Source: Candidatus Sumerlaeia bacterium
Lineage (GTDB): Bacteria > Sumerlaeota > Sumerlaeia > SLMS01 > JANRJK01
DNA length: 64,000 nt
Assembly (NCBI GenBank): GCA_033764015.1
Contig: JANRJK010000055.1
Span: 120,441-184,440, forward strand
Direction of reading: 5' to 3'
In this document: piece by piece, positions 30,333 to 44,933 of the stretch
Numbering within the stretch: the stretch's first letter is position 1
Layout: every line of letters starts with the position of its first letter
Notes under the pieces: generated by a model
What the model was told of the DNA's origin: nothing
Seen by the model: the letters and a program-made list of their open reading frames with translations, nothing else
Databases searched by the model: none
Position numbers and translations under genes: made by a program

Positions 30333-30342
30333 CCCGCGCCCT

Positions 30343-32619
30343 CTACGGCTTGGCGGCTCTGAACGGCACCTGCTGCGACGGGTCCGCGATCATGGAAACG
30401 AGCCGGTCCAGGTCGGTCGGCGCCTTCGCGGCCACGGCCGGCCCGAGCTCCCGCTGCAGCCGCTCCCGGTGGGCCGCCGATAGGCGCGCCAGATCCGGCG
30501 TCGCCGCCAGCAGCGCCTCCGCGCGCGCATAGCCCGCAAGCGCCAGCGTCGGGTCCGCCGCATGGTCCGCGAGGAACTGCGCCAGGTTGAACCACGCGCG
30601 TCCCTCGCTGTCGACGTCGCCCACCGCTTGGCTGATCTGCAGCGCGCCGCGCATCAGCCGCAGCGCCCCTTCCACATCGCCGCTCGATTCCGCCAGATCC
30701 GCGAACCGCATGGTCGCCTGGCTCGCGAGCGGCGTGTCGCCGATCCTAAGCGCCGTGCTGACAAGCTGCGGGTAGATGTCGGCGGCTTCCGCGGTGCGCC
30801 CGAGCAGCGCGAGGCCGTCGCACATCTTCAAGCCGGCCACCACCGAGCGCCGGATCGTTTCGGGGCTGCGGTCGAAGCCTTCCGACAGCGCCGCGAGGTA
30901 CTGCTTGTAGGCGGCGACCGACTCCTCGTTCCGCCCAGCGGCCAGATAGGTGTCCGCCAGCGACAGCATCACATCAAGGTTCGCCGGCTCGATCCCCCGC
31001 GCCTCCTCGAGGCGGGCGATCGCCTCCTCCACATCGCCGAACTGGGTGCCCAGCCGCCCCCAGAGCATCAACGTCCCGAGGTCCGGGCTGAAGAGCATCG
31101 GCAGCAAACGCAGTTCGTCATACGCGGCGCGCATCAGCCCTTGGTTTCCCTCGACCTCGCCGAGGCGGGCCATCAAGGCGGGGAGCAACCTGCGAGCCGC
31201 CGGGCTGTAAGGGTTGATCTTGATCGCTTCCTTCACCGCGCTGATCGCTTCCTCCAGCGCGCCGCCGGAGGCGAGCAATTCCGCGTAGCGCACATGCACC
31301 TTGGTGTCGTCCGGGTTCAACTTCTTCGCCAGCAGGATCTCGTCGAAGTCGGCATGCTTCCGGGTGGCGAACTGGTAGGTGACATCCAACGCGGTCACCA
31401 ACAACAGCCCCGCGATGCCACCGTAACGAATGGTGCGCGCCACCGGCGACCGTCCAGCCAGCCAGCTTGCCGCGCCCGTCAGATATTCCGAAGCTGCATT
31501 ACCCGCTCCCGAGGAGGCGGCCGTGCCCTTACCGAGGAGCAACTGGGCGATCCGTCCGTCGCGCAACTTCCAGATCGCGCCATCCAGCATGAAGTGGTGG
31601 ATGTTCACCAGCGCGGTGAAGATCAGAAAGCTCTCCGTGAAATCGAAACTAAACGCGCGGCTCACAAACCAAGGCCCTGGCACGAACAACGCCATCCCGC
31701 CGACGATGAGGATGCCAAAGTACCGCCACGGCCGCCAAACACCCGAACCGCGAAGGCCCGCCTCTGTTTCCTTCCTCGCATAGAAGAAATTGATCCAAAG
31801 ATACTGTGCGCAATGCATGAACGCCAAGGTGCCGGTCGAGTAATACACCGCCGGAACCGCGCTTCCCAGTATCTCGTACAACGCTGGAACGAGGAACCAC
31901 ATGCCTTGCGTGCAGGCAAGCGCGGTCACCGGGATCGCCCGCCGGAATCCAACTTGTGGAATCCACCGAAACAGCACATAAGTGACGGACCCGGCGAAGA
32001 ACACCAGAAGCGCCCACCGGATGCTGTTCACCCAGAAGCCGAAGTTGTCGAAGTGCTTCTGGATCCAAGGACCCGCCTGTAGAAGATTCGGATCGGCCCC
32101 GCCGCTCGCTGCTTGGATCGACACCAGCATGATCAGGTATCCTGAAACGTAACCCCACTGGAGCAGATTGCGTTCGGTCAAGGTGGGATTGATCCCCCGC
32201 TTTCGGGCGAACATCATCGTGAGTCCGAAGTTCTGCCCAGTGTAATGGTAAGGGCTCCACAATAGATAAAAAGTCACGAAGTAGGGAACGAGATTCACCC
32301 GGTCCCCGAACAACATATGGGAAGTGTGGGTGATCGCCGCTGTCCCGACAAAGAGCGCGGTCACATAGATCGTGAAGAAGCGATACTTCTCGAAATCCGC
32401 CTTCGTCCCATACGCGCGATAGATCGTCGCCATGTAGTGAGGGTAATTGCAGACAAAGGAGAGAATATAAAACGCAAAGGCAAGCGCCACCCCGTACTGG
32501 AGGTTGAGTTGGTGCGTGATTAGAAGAAACGGCAGTGACCAAAGCCCGCACCCGATCAGTAGGTCGGCCTTCGGCCCGATGTACCACGAACTGGATCCTG
32601 CTGCTGCTGTCGCCGCCAT
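30343..32619 (-). CDS. Polytopic membrane protein with His motifs fused to C-terminal TPR domain
   Basis: Multiple TMs with [32 protein letters not shown], followed by TPR helices. Start placed at ATG 32619. Confidence 0.85.
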   Translation of the reverse strand: MAATAAAGSSSWYIGPKADLLIGCGLWSLPFLLITHQLNLQYGVALAFAFYILSFVCNYPHYMATIYRAYGTKADFEKYRFFTIYVTALFVGTAAITHTSHMLFGDRVNLVPYFVTFYLLWSPYHYTGQNFGLTMMFARKRGINPTLTERNLLQWGYVSGYLIMLVSIQAASGGADPNLLQAGPWIQKHFDNFGFWVNSIRWALLVFFAGSVTYVLFRWIPQVGFRRAIPVTALACTQGMWFLVPALYEILGSAVPAVYYSTGTLAFMHCAQYLWINFFYARKETEAGLRGSGVWRPWRYFGILIVGGMALFVPGPWFVSRAFSFDFTESFLIFTALVNIHHFMLDGAIWKLRDGRIAQLLLGKGTAASSGAGNAASEYLTGAASWLAGRSPVARTIRYGGIAGLLLVTALDVTYQFATRKHADFDEILLAKKLNPDDTKVHVRYAELLASGGALEEAISAVKEAIKINPYSPAARRLLPALMARLGEVEGNQGLMRAAYDELRLLPMLFSPDLGTLMLWGRLGTQFGDVEEAIARLEEARGIEPANLDVMLSLADTYLAAGRNEESVAAYKQYLAALSEGFDRSPETIRRSVVAGLKMCDGLALLGRTAEAADIYPQLVSTALRIGDTPLASQATMRFADLAESSGDVEGALRLMRGALQISQAVGDVDSEGRAWFNLAQFLADHAADPTLALAGYARAEALLAATPDLARLSAAHRERLQRELGPAVAAKAPTDLDRLVSMIADPSQQVPFRAAKP

Positions 32620-32716
32620 GTGACCGCCATTTCGGATGCTGTGCCGGGCGCGCGCGCGACGGCAACAATCGAGTAAGGCCCCACGCAGCCCTCTGCAAGG
32701 CCAACCGTGCCCGCGG

Positions 32717-34039
32717 TCATCGGAGGCGGCGTTTGATCCGCTCGAGAAGCGACTCGCCGGCGGTCGCGGGCTCCGCGCTCCGCCACCAGTCCACCAATCC
32801 AGAGGCCGGCGGCGCGGGCCAGCGCGGCGCCCCCGCGTCCAACCAGCGCAGCGCGGGCTCCATCGTCGCCGTGAACGCGACACCAGCCAGCCACGCCAGA
32901 CCGCGCCGACGGTCGCTGTCGCGCGCCCCTGCATCCCGTCGCGCCGCGCGGACGACCGCCGCCACGGCGTCCTGCCCCGTCGCGTCGGCCGCGAGGTCCG
33001 CCGCGACCAGCTCGCGCTCGACCTCCGCCAACGTCGACACGACAGGCCGCACGCCCCAGCGCACCTGCGCCAGGAGCCGGTTGCGGCTGCCGAGGTACGC
33101 CTCCGGAACCTCCCGGTCGATCAACACCGAGGCCCCTGCATGCGCCAGCACCGCTTCCTCCACGCCGGAGGCCGGCGTGCCCAGGTCCACCAGACGGTCC
33201 TGGCCACCGACAGCCGCCAGCAGCGCCCCGCGCACACGCTCGCCGGCGTCCCCCGTCGGGATTCCGGCGAGCACGGCGACCAGTTGCGGATCCCGTTCGA
33301 GCGACCGGCGCAGCAGCGAGCCGGTCGCCTCCGGATCGAGCCACACGTTCCAGCTTCCACCAAAGACCACCAAGGGCGCTTCAGGCGCGACGCCGCGCTG
33401 GGCCAGTGCGCGCGGGAAGGGGGGCGCCGGCGCCCACTCCGTCCACGCGTCGGGCACCGCGCAAGGAATCGAGGCCACGCGAGCCGCCGCACCCGGGTCG
33501 GCGCCGAGGCGCCCAAGCAGACCGAGCTGCGCAATCAGCGCCAGCCGCTGCGGCCCGCTCACCGTCGAAAACGCGTCGCCGCGCGCGAGCCCCGCACGCA
33601 TCAGGCGCCACACTTGGTCCCGGCGCGGCACGTCGAACGGCGCGCCGGGGGAACTCTGCAACGCGTGCAGCTCCGCGAGTGGGTCGCCGAAGAAATCGAC
33701 CCAGCAGGGGAGGCCGAGGTGCTCCGCGAGCGCTGCGGCCGCGGCTGCGGGCATCACCGAACCCACGCCGAAGACCGCATCCGCACCCCTCTCGAGCGCG
33801 CCCGCGGTGTGCGCCGCATCGAGGATGCGCTCCGGGGGCACGGCGCAGGCACCCGCCGCTCCGGCCACGGCGATGCCGGCGCGCGCCTCCGCCTCGAGCA
33901 GGACGAGCCGCACCCGGTGCCCCGCGGCGATCAGCGGCTCGGCGAACTGGCGCGCGCGGATCGCGGGGCCCGTCACCGCCGCGCCCGGCTCGAGGGGCCA
34001 AGGTCCCGCTCCGAAAAGGACGATGGATTTGGGCGCCAC
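32717..34039 (-). CDS. Putative GT-B fold glycosyltransferase (GT4-like)
   Basis: [19 protein letters not shown]-terminus, [31 protein letters not shown]...[11 protein letters not shown] start inferred. Confidence 0.65.
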   Translation of the reverse strand: MAPKSIVLFGAGPWPLEPGAAVTGPAIRARQFAEPLIAAGHRVRLVLLEAEARAGIAVAGAAGACAVPPERILDAAHTAGALERGADAVFGVGSVMPAAAAAALAEHLGLPCWVDFFGDPLAELHALQSSPGAPFDVPRRDQVWRLMRAGLARGDAFSTVSGPQRLALIAQLGLLGRLGADPGAAARVASIPCAVPDAWTEWAPAPPFPRALAQRGVAPEAPLVVFGGSWNVWLDPEATGSLLRRSLERDPQLVAVLAGIPTGDAGERVRGALLAAVGGQDRLVDLGTPASGVEEAVLAHAGASVLIDREVPEAYLGSRNRLLAQVRWGVRPVVSTLAEVERELVAADLAADATGQDAVAAVVRAARRDAGARDSDRRRGLAWLAGVAFTATMEPALRWLDAGAPRWPAPPASGLVDWWRSAEPATAGESLLERIKRRLR

Positions 34040-34148
34040 GGCGGGGCTCCTAGCGAATCGGCGACTGCGTTTCGATGAGCATTGCCCGGCCAACGGCGGG
34101 CAAGCAGCCTTCCCTACGGGCATCGGCCCGCGAAAGGAATGTTCTCCC

Positions 34149-35021
34149 ATGATGGACCAGAGCCGACTCGGCTGGAAGACCAGCATCATCCTCGCCGCCG
34201 CGTTCGCCCTTTCCGGCTGCGGCGACAAGTCAGCCCAAGCCCCCGTTGAGCGCCCCGCCGCCCAGGCCCCCGCGAAGGAAGCCGCCCAGAGCACCGGGGC
34301 CGCCGCCGGGAAGACCGCCGAAACAGCGCAGGAGGCGTCCACCCATCTCGCAGCGGGAGCGAAGGACGCCCTCGACGGCGCCGCGAAGGGTCTCGGCGAC
34401 GCCGCCAACGAAGCTAAGAAGTCCGCCGAAGAGGCCGCCAAGCAGGCGAAGGCGGACGCCGAGGCCGCCGCCGCCGACGCCAAGAAGGCCGCGGACGACG
34501 CCGCGGCCGCAGCGAAGAAGTCCGCGGAGGACGCCGCCGCCAAGGTCAAGTCCGACGCCCAAGCCGCCGTCGGCGGCACCGCCAAGGCCGCGGAGAGCGC
34601 TGTCGGTGGCGCGCTCGGCTCCCTCGGCGGCCTCACCGGCAAGGCCAAGGAAACCGTCGACAGCACCGTCGGCGCTGTCGCGGGCCTCCCCGGTGGCCTC
34701 AAGGCCGAGATCACGCAGGCCGGTTCCGGCGCCGTCGCGGAGCCCGGCAAGACCGTCTTCGTCCACTACACGGGCCGCCTCAACGATGCGAACGGCACCA
34801 AGTTCGACTCCTCCTTGGACCGCGGCGAGCCGTTCTCCTTCCCCCTGGGCGCCGGCCGCGTCATCAAGGGCTGGGACGAAGGCGTGAAGGGCATGTTGGT
34901 GGGCGAGAAGCGCGAACTGACGATCCCCGCGGACATGGGCTATGGCTCGAGGGGCGCCGGTGGCGTGATCCCCCCGGGCGCGACGCTATGGTTCGAGGTC
35001 GAGCTGCTCGACGTGAAGTAG
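34149..35021 (+). CDS. Lipoprotein FKBP-type peptidyl-prolyl isomerase with long Ala/Lys repeat stalk
   Basis: Lipobox LSG/C; C-terminal [35 protein letters not shown]. Confidence 0.93.
   Translation: MMDQSRLGWKTSIILAAAFALSGCGDKSAQAPVERPAAQAPAKEAAQSTGAAAGKTAETAQEASTHLAAGAKDALDGAAKGLGDAANEAKKSAEEAAKQAKADAEAAAADAKKAADDAAAAAKKSAEDAAAKVKSDAQAAVGGTAKAAESAVGGALGSLGGLTGKAKETVDSTVGAVAGLPGGLKAEITQAGSGAVAEPGKTVFVHYTGRLNDANGTKFDSSLDRGEPFSFPLGAGRVIKGWDEGVKGMLVGEKRELTIPADMGYGSRGAGGVIPPGATLWFEVELLDVK
34413..34676 (+). repeat. Eight degenerate 11-residue (33-nt) coding repeats
   Basis: [88 protein letters not shown]. Confidence 0.7.
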
Positions 35022-35807
35022 GCCTGCGGGCTCTTCGATGAGGACGCGGAATCCGAAGTAGCGGTCCCGCGCCTCCGCGGGCCAGAAGCTCCGGCAAGCA
35101 GTCCGCAGCATGAAATTGTCGACCCAGAAAACCCCCGGGCGGAGCACTCCCAAGGCTCCGCCCGGATCCATTTTCCAGTCCACCAGCTCGCCGCCCGGAT
35201 AGGCGCCGTAGCCGTTCGCGCACCACTCCATCGCGTTCCCGGTCATGTCGTGGAGCCCCCACGCGTTCGGCCGCCACCGGCGCACCGCGCGCAACTCTCC
35301 CCCCGAGTTCCCCTGGTGCCAGGCGAAGCCATCGAGGCAGTCGTCGCGCTCGCCGCACGGGTAGGCGGTGCCGCTCCCCGCGCGGGCGGCGTACTCCCAC
35401 TCCGCTTCCGTCGGCAGCCGCACGACGACGCCGAGCTTCGTTGAGGCCGCGGCGCACCAGGCCTCCGCGTCGAAGCGCGAAACGTTTCCCACGGGCAGGT
35501 CGGCCCCGCGCCACTCGGAGAGGTTCTCGAATCCGAGCGCTTCCCACTGAGCCTGGGTGACCTCCGTCTCCCCCAGCCGGAATGGCTTCGTGAACCGCAC
35601 CGTCGTCACGGGGCCCTCGTTCTCGTTCCGGCCCAGCTCGGTCCACGGCGAGCCCATCGCGAACGCGCCGGGCTCCACGCGCACGGCGCGCAGCTCGACC
35701 CCCTCCGCCAGGTGGAACACGGCGGGATCGGCGGGTTCCCCAAACGAAACCGCCGCCGCGAATGCGGCGGACGGGAGGGAAAGAAGAAGTGATCGGGAAA
35801 GGTTCAT
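34986..35807 (-). CDS. Formylglycine-generating enzyme (SUMF1/FGE-sulfatase) domain protein, probably secreted
   Basis: [48 protein letters not shown]; signal-like N-terminus. Confidence 0.88.
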   Translation of the reverse strand: MNLSRSLLLSLPSAAFAAAVSFGEPADPAVFHLAEGVELRAVRVEPGAFAMGSPWTELGRNENEGPVTTVRFTKPFRLGETEVTQAQWEALGFENLSEWRGADLPVGNVSRFDAEAWCAAASTKLGVVVRLPTEAEWEYAARAGSGTAYPCGERDDCLDGFAWHQGNSGGELRAVRRWRPNAWGLHDMTGNAMEWCANGYGAYPGGELVDWKMDPGGALGVLRPGVFWVDNFMLRTACRSFWPAEARDRYFGFRVLIEEPAGLLHVEQLDLEP

Positions 35808-35883
35808 GGTGGGTGGTAGAGGACTCGAACCTCTGACCTTCGCCATGTCAAGGCGACGCTCTAACCAACTGAGCTAACCACCC
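35807..35883 (-). tRNA. tRNA-Val(GAC), 77 nt with encoded CCA
   Basis: GGGTGGTTAGCTCAGTTGGTTAGAGCGTCGCCTTGACATGGCGAAGGTCAGAGGTTCGAGTCCTCTACCACCCACCA folds into a full cloverleaf with anticodon GAC. Confidence 0.98.
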
Positions 35884-35897
35884 ACAGCAAGTCGGGG

Positions 35898-35925
35898 AGA
35901 GTAGCAGGCGACCGCCGCGCCGCAA
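35898..35925 (-). promoter_or_regulatory. Candidate sigma70 promoter for tRNA-Val
   Basis: TTGCGG-16 nt-TACTCT with extended -10 TG, 14 nt upstream of the tRNA. Confidence 0.6.
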
Positions 35926-35937
35926 GGGGAAATGTGC

Positions 35938-35979
35938 GCAGCGCGCGCCGGTGCCCGGGGGGGCGCCGGCGCGCGCTGC
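35938..35979 (-). terminator. Long GC-rich hairpin downstream of katG
   Basis: 19-bp stem with one mismatch and a 4-nt loop, 10 nt after the katG stop. Confidence 0.6.
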
Positions 35980-35989
35980 CGCCAAGCTG

Positions 35990-41278
<5,289 letters not shown>

Positions 41279-41497
41279 GTGTGGGTTGCTCCTTATTCTC
41301 CGCTTGGGGAGAACGATTGTGGGCTGCGGCGCCTGCCCGCGGAGCAATCCGGTCGTCCGGAGGAACCGCGCCCGAGGGGGGCGCGCCGGGCCGGACGGTA
41401 TCGTTGCGCTGGCATCAACGCGGCCCGCTGTCGTGGAAGATGAAGCCTTCCCGACGCCGGGCGGTGTCAACGCGAAGGCAAAGGATCCCGCGGCAGG

Positions 41498-42853
41498 ATG
41501 TCCCATTCCGACGAACGGTTCGCCAAGCCCGCCCCGGCGACGCCCGCCGCCGCCGCCGCGCGCGTCGTCCCCCTCTGCGGCGCCGCCGGGCTCCTCCTCT
41601 TCACCGCCGCCTTCTTCCTCGGCGATCCGGGCATCGGCGGCTGGGACCAGAACTTCTACTTCGCCTACGCCGGCGCGCTCGCGGAGCACGGCGACCTCGA
41701 CCTCGCGCCCGCCTACCAGGCGCTCGTCGAACGCGGCGCCGACCCCGCCGTCTTCGACCCCTCGAAGCGCACCGCCACCGGCCAGGTCTACAACTACTTC
41801 CCCATCGGGCATCCGCTCACGCACGCCTGGGCGCTGCTCCCCGGGCGCCTCGCGTCGCTCCTCGCCGGGCAGGGCGGCGGCGCCTTCAGCCCCCTCGCGC
41901 AGTACTTCTACTGCCTCTCCTGCGTCGCGGGCGGACTGCTCGGGCTCGCGGCGATGCGGCGCATCGTCGCCCGCTGGTTCGGCGACGCCGCCGCGGCGCT
42001 CGCGCTCCTCTCGCTCTTCGGCGCGTCGATGCTCGGCTACTACCTCTTCATCCTCCCGGCCATGAGCCACAGCACCACGCTCCTCGTCCTCGGCGCGGCG
42101 CTCTGGCTGGCGGTGCCGATCCTCGACCGTCGGGAGGAGGCGCGCTCCTGGCGCTACTTCGCGCTCGGCCTGCTGGTGGGCTGGGGCGTCGCGGTCCGGC
42201 TGCAGGATGTCGGCCTCGGGTGGCTCCTGGCGGCGGCGGCGTGGGCCGCGTGGCGCTCCGGCGCCCCGGTCGCCAAGGCCGCCAAGCGCGCCGGCCTCGC
42301 GGTCCTCGGCGGCTTCCTCGGCTTCCTGCCCCAGCTCCTCCACTGGCGCTGGCGCGACGGCGCGTGGCTCCCGTCCGGATACAGCGACTACGCGCACTTC
42401 GACTTCTCGGACCCGCACTTCGTCGAGGTGCTCTTCCACGCGCGCCACGGGCTGTTCCACTGGCACCCGCTCCTGCTCGCGGCCGCGGCCGGCTTCGTGT
42501 GGTGGATGGCGACGGCGGGGCGCCCGCTGCCGCGCCGCCTAGGGGCTTTCCTAGCGCTCCACGCGGCGACCATCTGGATCCTCGCGGCGGGCTTCTCGAT
42601 CTGGTGGTTCGGCGACAGTTTCGGCTCGCGGCCGTTCCTCTCGGCGCTGCCGCTGTTCTGGCTCGGACTCGCCGCGCTCTGGTCGCGCGCGCTCGAACGT
42701 CCGCGCGCCGCCTGGGCGCTGGGCGCCGCCATCGCGGCGCTGACGCTCTGGAACGCGCTGCTGATGGTGGCGTTCCACCTGGCGTGGATCAGCCGCAGCG
42801 GCCCGCTCGAACCCGCCGCCGTGCTGCGCGCCTGGGTGGACCGCGCGGGGTGA
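41498..42853 (+). CDS. GT-C-type multi-pass membrane glycosyltransferase (family 39-like)
   Basis: Asp after TM1 ([10 protein letters not shown]), long hydrophobic body, [20 protein letters not shown]. Confidence 0.7.
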   Translation: MSHSDERFAKPAPATPAAAAARVVPLCGAAGLLLFTAAFFLGDPGIGGWDQNFYFAYAGALAEHGDLDLAPAYQALVERGADPAVFDPSKRTATGQVYNYFPIGHPLTHAWALLPGRLASLLAGQGGGAFSPLAQYFYCLSCVAGGLLGLAAMRRIVARWFGDAAAALALLSLFGASMLGYYLFILPAMSHSTTLLVLGAALWLAVPILDRREEARSWRYFALGLLVGWGVAVRLQDVGLGWLLAAAAWAAWRSGAPVAKAAKRAGLAVLGGFLGFLPQLLHWRWRDGAWLPSGYSDYAHFDFSDPHFVEVLFHARHGLFHWHPLLLAAAAGFVWWMATAGRPLPRRLGAFLALHAATIWILAAGFSIWWFGDSFGSRPFLSALPLFWLGLAALWSRALERPRAAWALGAAIAALTLWNALLMVAFHLAWISRSGPLEPAAVLRAWVDRAG

Positions 42854-42944
42854 AGCGCACCGGGCCGTCTCCACTTGCCAGTCCCGGGCGGGAGCCACAT
42901 GCTATGGCCAAGACCAAGAGCTTTCGACCGAGGTGCAACGGCCC

Positions 42945-44129
42945 ATGTGGCGAATCCTGACCGTCGACGACGAACCCGATGTGCGCGCCATCATCGTGGC
43001 GTCCCTCCGCAACCACTACGAGGTCTTCGAGGCGCAGGACGGCCTCGACGCGCTCGAAAAGATCAAGCGAGTCGAGCCCGACTTCGTGATCATGGACGTC
43101 ATGATGCCGCTCATGAACGGCTTCGAGGCCTGCGACGCGATCCGCAAGGACCCGGTCTTCCGCGCCCTCCCGGTGATGTTCCTCACCGCCCTCGGCACCA
43201 AGGAGGACATGAAGAAGGGCTACGGCGTCGGCGCGAACCTCTACCTCACGAAGCCCTTCGACCCGGCCCGCCTCCAGAAGAACATCGACGTCTTCTTCGA
43301 GACCACCCCGCCCGCGCGCACCCACAAGCGCTACTCCGTCGGCCAGCTCCGCGACTTCGAGAAGTCCGGCGAAGCTCCCCCCGCGCCCGGATCGACCGAC
43401 ATCCACCTCCGCGAGACCGCGACCGAAGGCGTGCGCAAGGCCGAGGAGATCGGCCCCACGCCCGACCTGCGCGGAGCCGCAGCCGGCAAGCCCCGCGTCC
43501 TCCTCGTCGACGACGAGCACAGCATCCTCGACATCATGCGCATGACCCTCGAACCAGCCTACGAAGTCGTCACCGCGGGCGACGGGATCCAGGCGATCGA
43601 GAAGCTGGTCCGCTACCAGCCCGACATCATGATCATCGACCTCATGCTCCCGAAGATGAGCGGCTTCCAGCTCCTCCAGTCGCTCCGCCAGAACGCCGCC
43701 TTCACCCACCTTCCGATCTGCGTGTGCTCCGCCAAGAGCTCCCAGCGCGACATCGACCTCGCGAAGCGCAACGGCTCGAACGACTACCTCGTGAAGCCCT
43801 TCGATCCGTCGGCCCTCGAGGCGATGATGAAGCGCATGCGCGCCATCCCGGGCTTCCGCGTCCGCCCCAAGAACATGACCATCGAGCAGGTCGCCGCCAT
43901 CGAGGCCCCGAAGGAGGCGGAGGACAAGTTCGGCGCCGACGAAGAGGCTTCGCGCCAGACCGCGAAGATCGATGAGAACCTGCTGCCCCCGGTCCGCAAG
44001 GACTCGGGCAAGGCCCTCGCCGACTTCCTCCGCAAGGAGGGCGAGAAGGACGCCTTCTCCAAGGCCGGGGACGGCGACGAGAAGAAGCGCCGCCGCCGCC
44101 TGTTCGGCTTCGGGCGCTCGGACGACTAA
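42945..44129 (+). CDS. Response regulator with two receiver domains and no recognisable output domain
   Basis: REC1 VDD/MDVMMP/FLTA/TKPF; REC2 VDD/IDLMLP/VCSA/VKPF. Confidence 0.92.
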   Translation: MWRILTVDDEPDVRAIIVASLRNHYEVFEAQDGLDALEKIKRVEPDFVIMDVMMPLMNGFEACDAIRKDPVFRALPVMFLTALGTKEDMKKGYGVGANLYLTKPFDPARLQKNIDVFFETTPPARTHKRYSVGQLRDFEKSGEAPPAPGSTDIHLRETATEGVRKAEEIGPTPDLRGAAAGKPRVLLVDDEHSILDIMRMTLEPAYEVVTAGDGIQAIEKLVRYQPDIMIIDLMLPKMSGFQLLQSLRQNAAFTHLPICVCSAKSSQRDIDLAKRNGSNDYLVKPFDPSALEAMMKRMRAIPGFRVRPKNMTIEQVAAIEAPKEAEDKFGADEEASRQTAKIDENLLPPVRKDSGKALADFLRKEGEKDAFSKAGDGDEKKRRRRLFGFGRSDD

Positions 44130-44150
44130 GCGAGGCAGGGGCGTCCGCCG

Positions 44151-44933
44151 GTGCCCGCGGCGCCCCGTTGGCTGTCCTTCCTGCTGCCGCGCGCCTGCCT
44201 CGCGTGCGGCGAATGCCTCGGTCCCGGCATCGAGGAGCCCCTCTGCCGATCCTGCGCCGCCGGAATGCTCCCGGTGCCCGAGGAGCGGTGCTGCCCGCGC
44301 TGCGGCGTCGTGCTCCCCGCGCCCCCGCACCCGCTGTCGCCCCGCTGCCCCGCCTGCGCCGAGCTGCCGGACACCTTCAACCGGGCCGCCTCGGCCTTCC
44401 AGTACCGAGGCACCGCGGGACGCCTGCTAAGGTCGCTGAAGTACCGGCGCGACAGCGCGGCGGCGGTGTTCCTCGCCCGCGAAGCGCTCCCCGCGGCGCG
44501 GCGCTTCGCGCTCCTCGCGGACCCCGCCCCGACGATCGCGGTCCCGGTGCCGCTCCATCCCTGGCGCGAGTTCCGCCGCGGCTACAACCAGGCGGCGGAG
44601 CTTTCGACGCGGCTCGCAGAGGGCCTGGCGCTCGAGCACGAGCCCTACGCGCTGAACCGCGCGTTCACCTGGCGGCCGCAGGTGCGGCGCCGCACGCCGG
44701 AGGAAAGGCTCCAGCGCATCCGCGGCGCCTTCCGGCCGCACCTGCCTGGGCGCGTCGCCGGGCGCGCCGTACTGCTGGTGGACGACGTGATGACGACTGG
44801 CGCGACGGTGGCCTGGGCGGCCTCGGCGCTGCGCGGCGCGGGGGCGTCCGCGGTCTGGATCTTCACCATCGCGCGGGCGGGGGCGGCGGCGCCGAAAGGG
44901 GCACTCCCGCTTCCGCCAGCTCCGCCCGCTTGA
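44151..44933 (+). CDS. comF: ComF family protein (double zinc ribbon plus PRTase domain)
   Basis: Four CxxC pairs, LKY, PVPLH, RGYNQA, LLVDDVMTTGAT. Confidence 0.92.
   Translation: MPAAPRWLSFLLPRACLACGECLGPGIEEPLCRSCAAGMLPVPEERCCPRCGVVLPAPPHPLSPRCPACAELPDTFNRAASAFQYRGTAGRLLRSLKYRRDSAAAVFLAREALPAARRFALLADPAPTIAVPVPLHPWREFRRGYNQAAELSTRLAEGLALEHEPYALNRAFTWRPQVRRRTPEERLQRIRGAFRPHLPGRVAGRAVLLVDDVMTTGATVAWAASALRGAGASAVWIFTIARAGAAAPKGALPLPPAPPA

Noticed and set aside
32535..34148. Long N-terminal extension of the FKBP ORF
   Set aside because: Antisense to the GT4-like gene; the lipoprotein signal begins at 34149 after an AAGGA RBS.
35807..35883. tRNA-Val as attachment site of a prophage or ICE
   Set aside because: No integrase nearby and I noticed no duplicated tRNA 3' end in the window.
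41279..42466. Apparent 396-aa N-terminal extension of PPDK
   Set aside because: Overlaps the opposite-strand GT-C gene; PPDK homology starts at [12 protein letters not shown] (41278).
44863..44933. Convergent 3' overlaps (comF/DUF2723 71 nt; also 8728-8765, 38 nt) as antisense regulation
   Set aside because: Overlaps cover low-complexity Pro/Ala tails, a common result of stop-codon drift in high-GC genomes.
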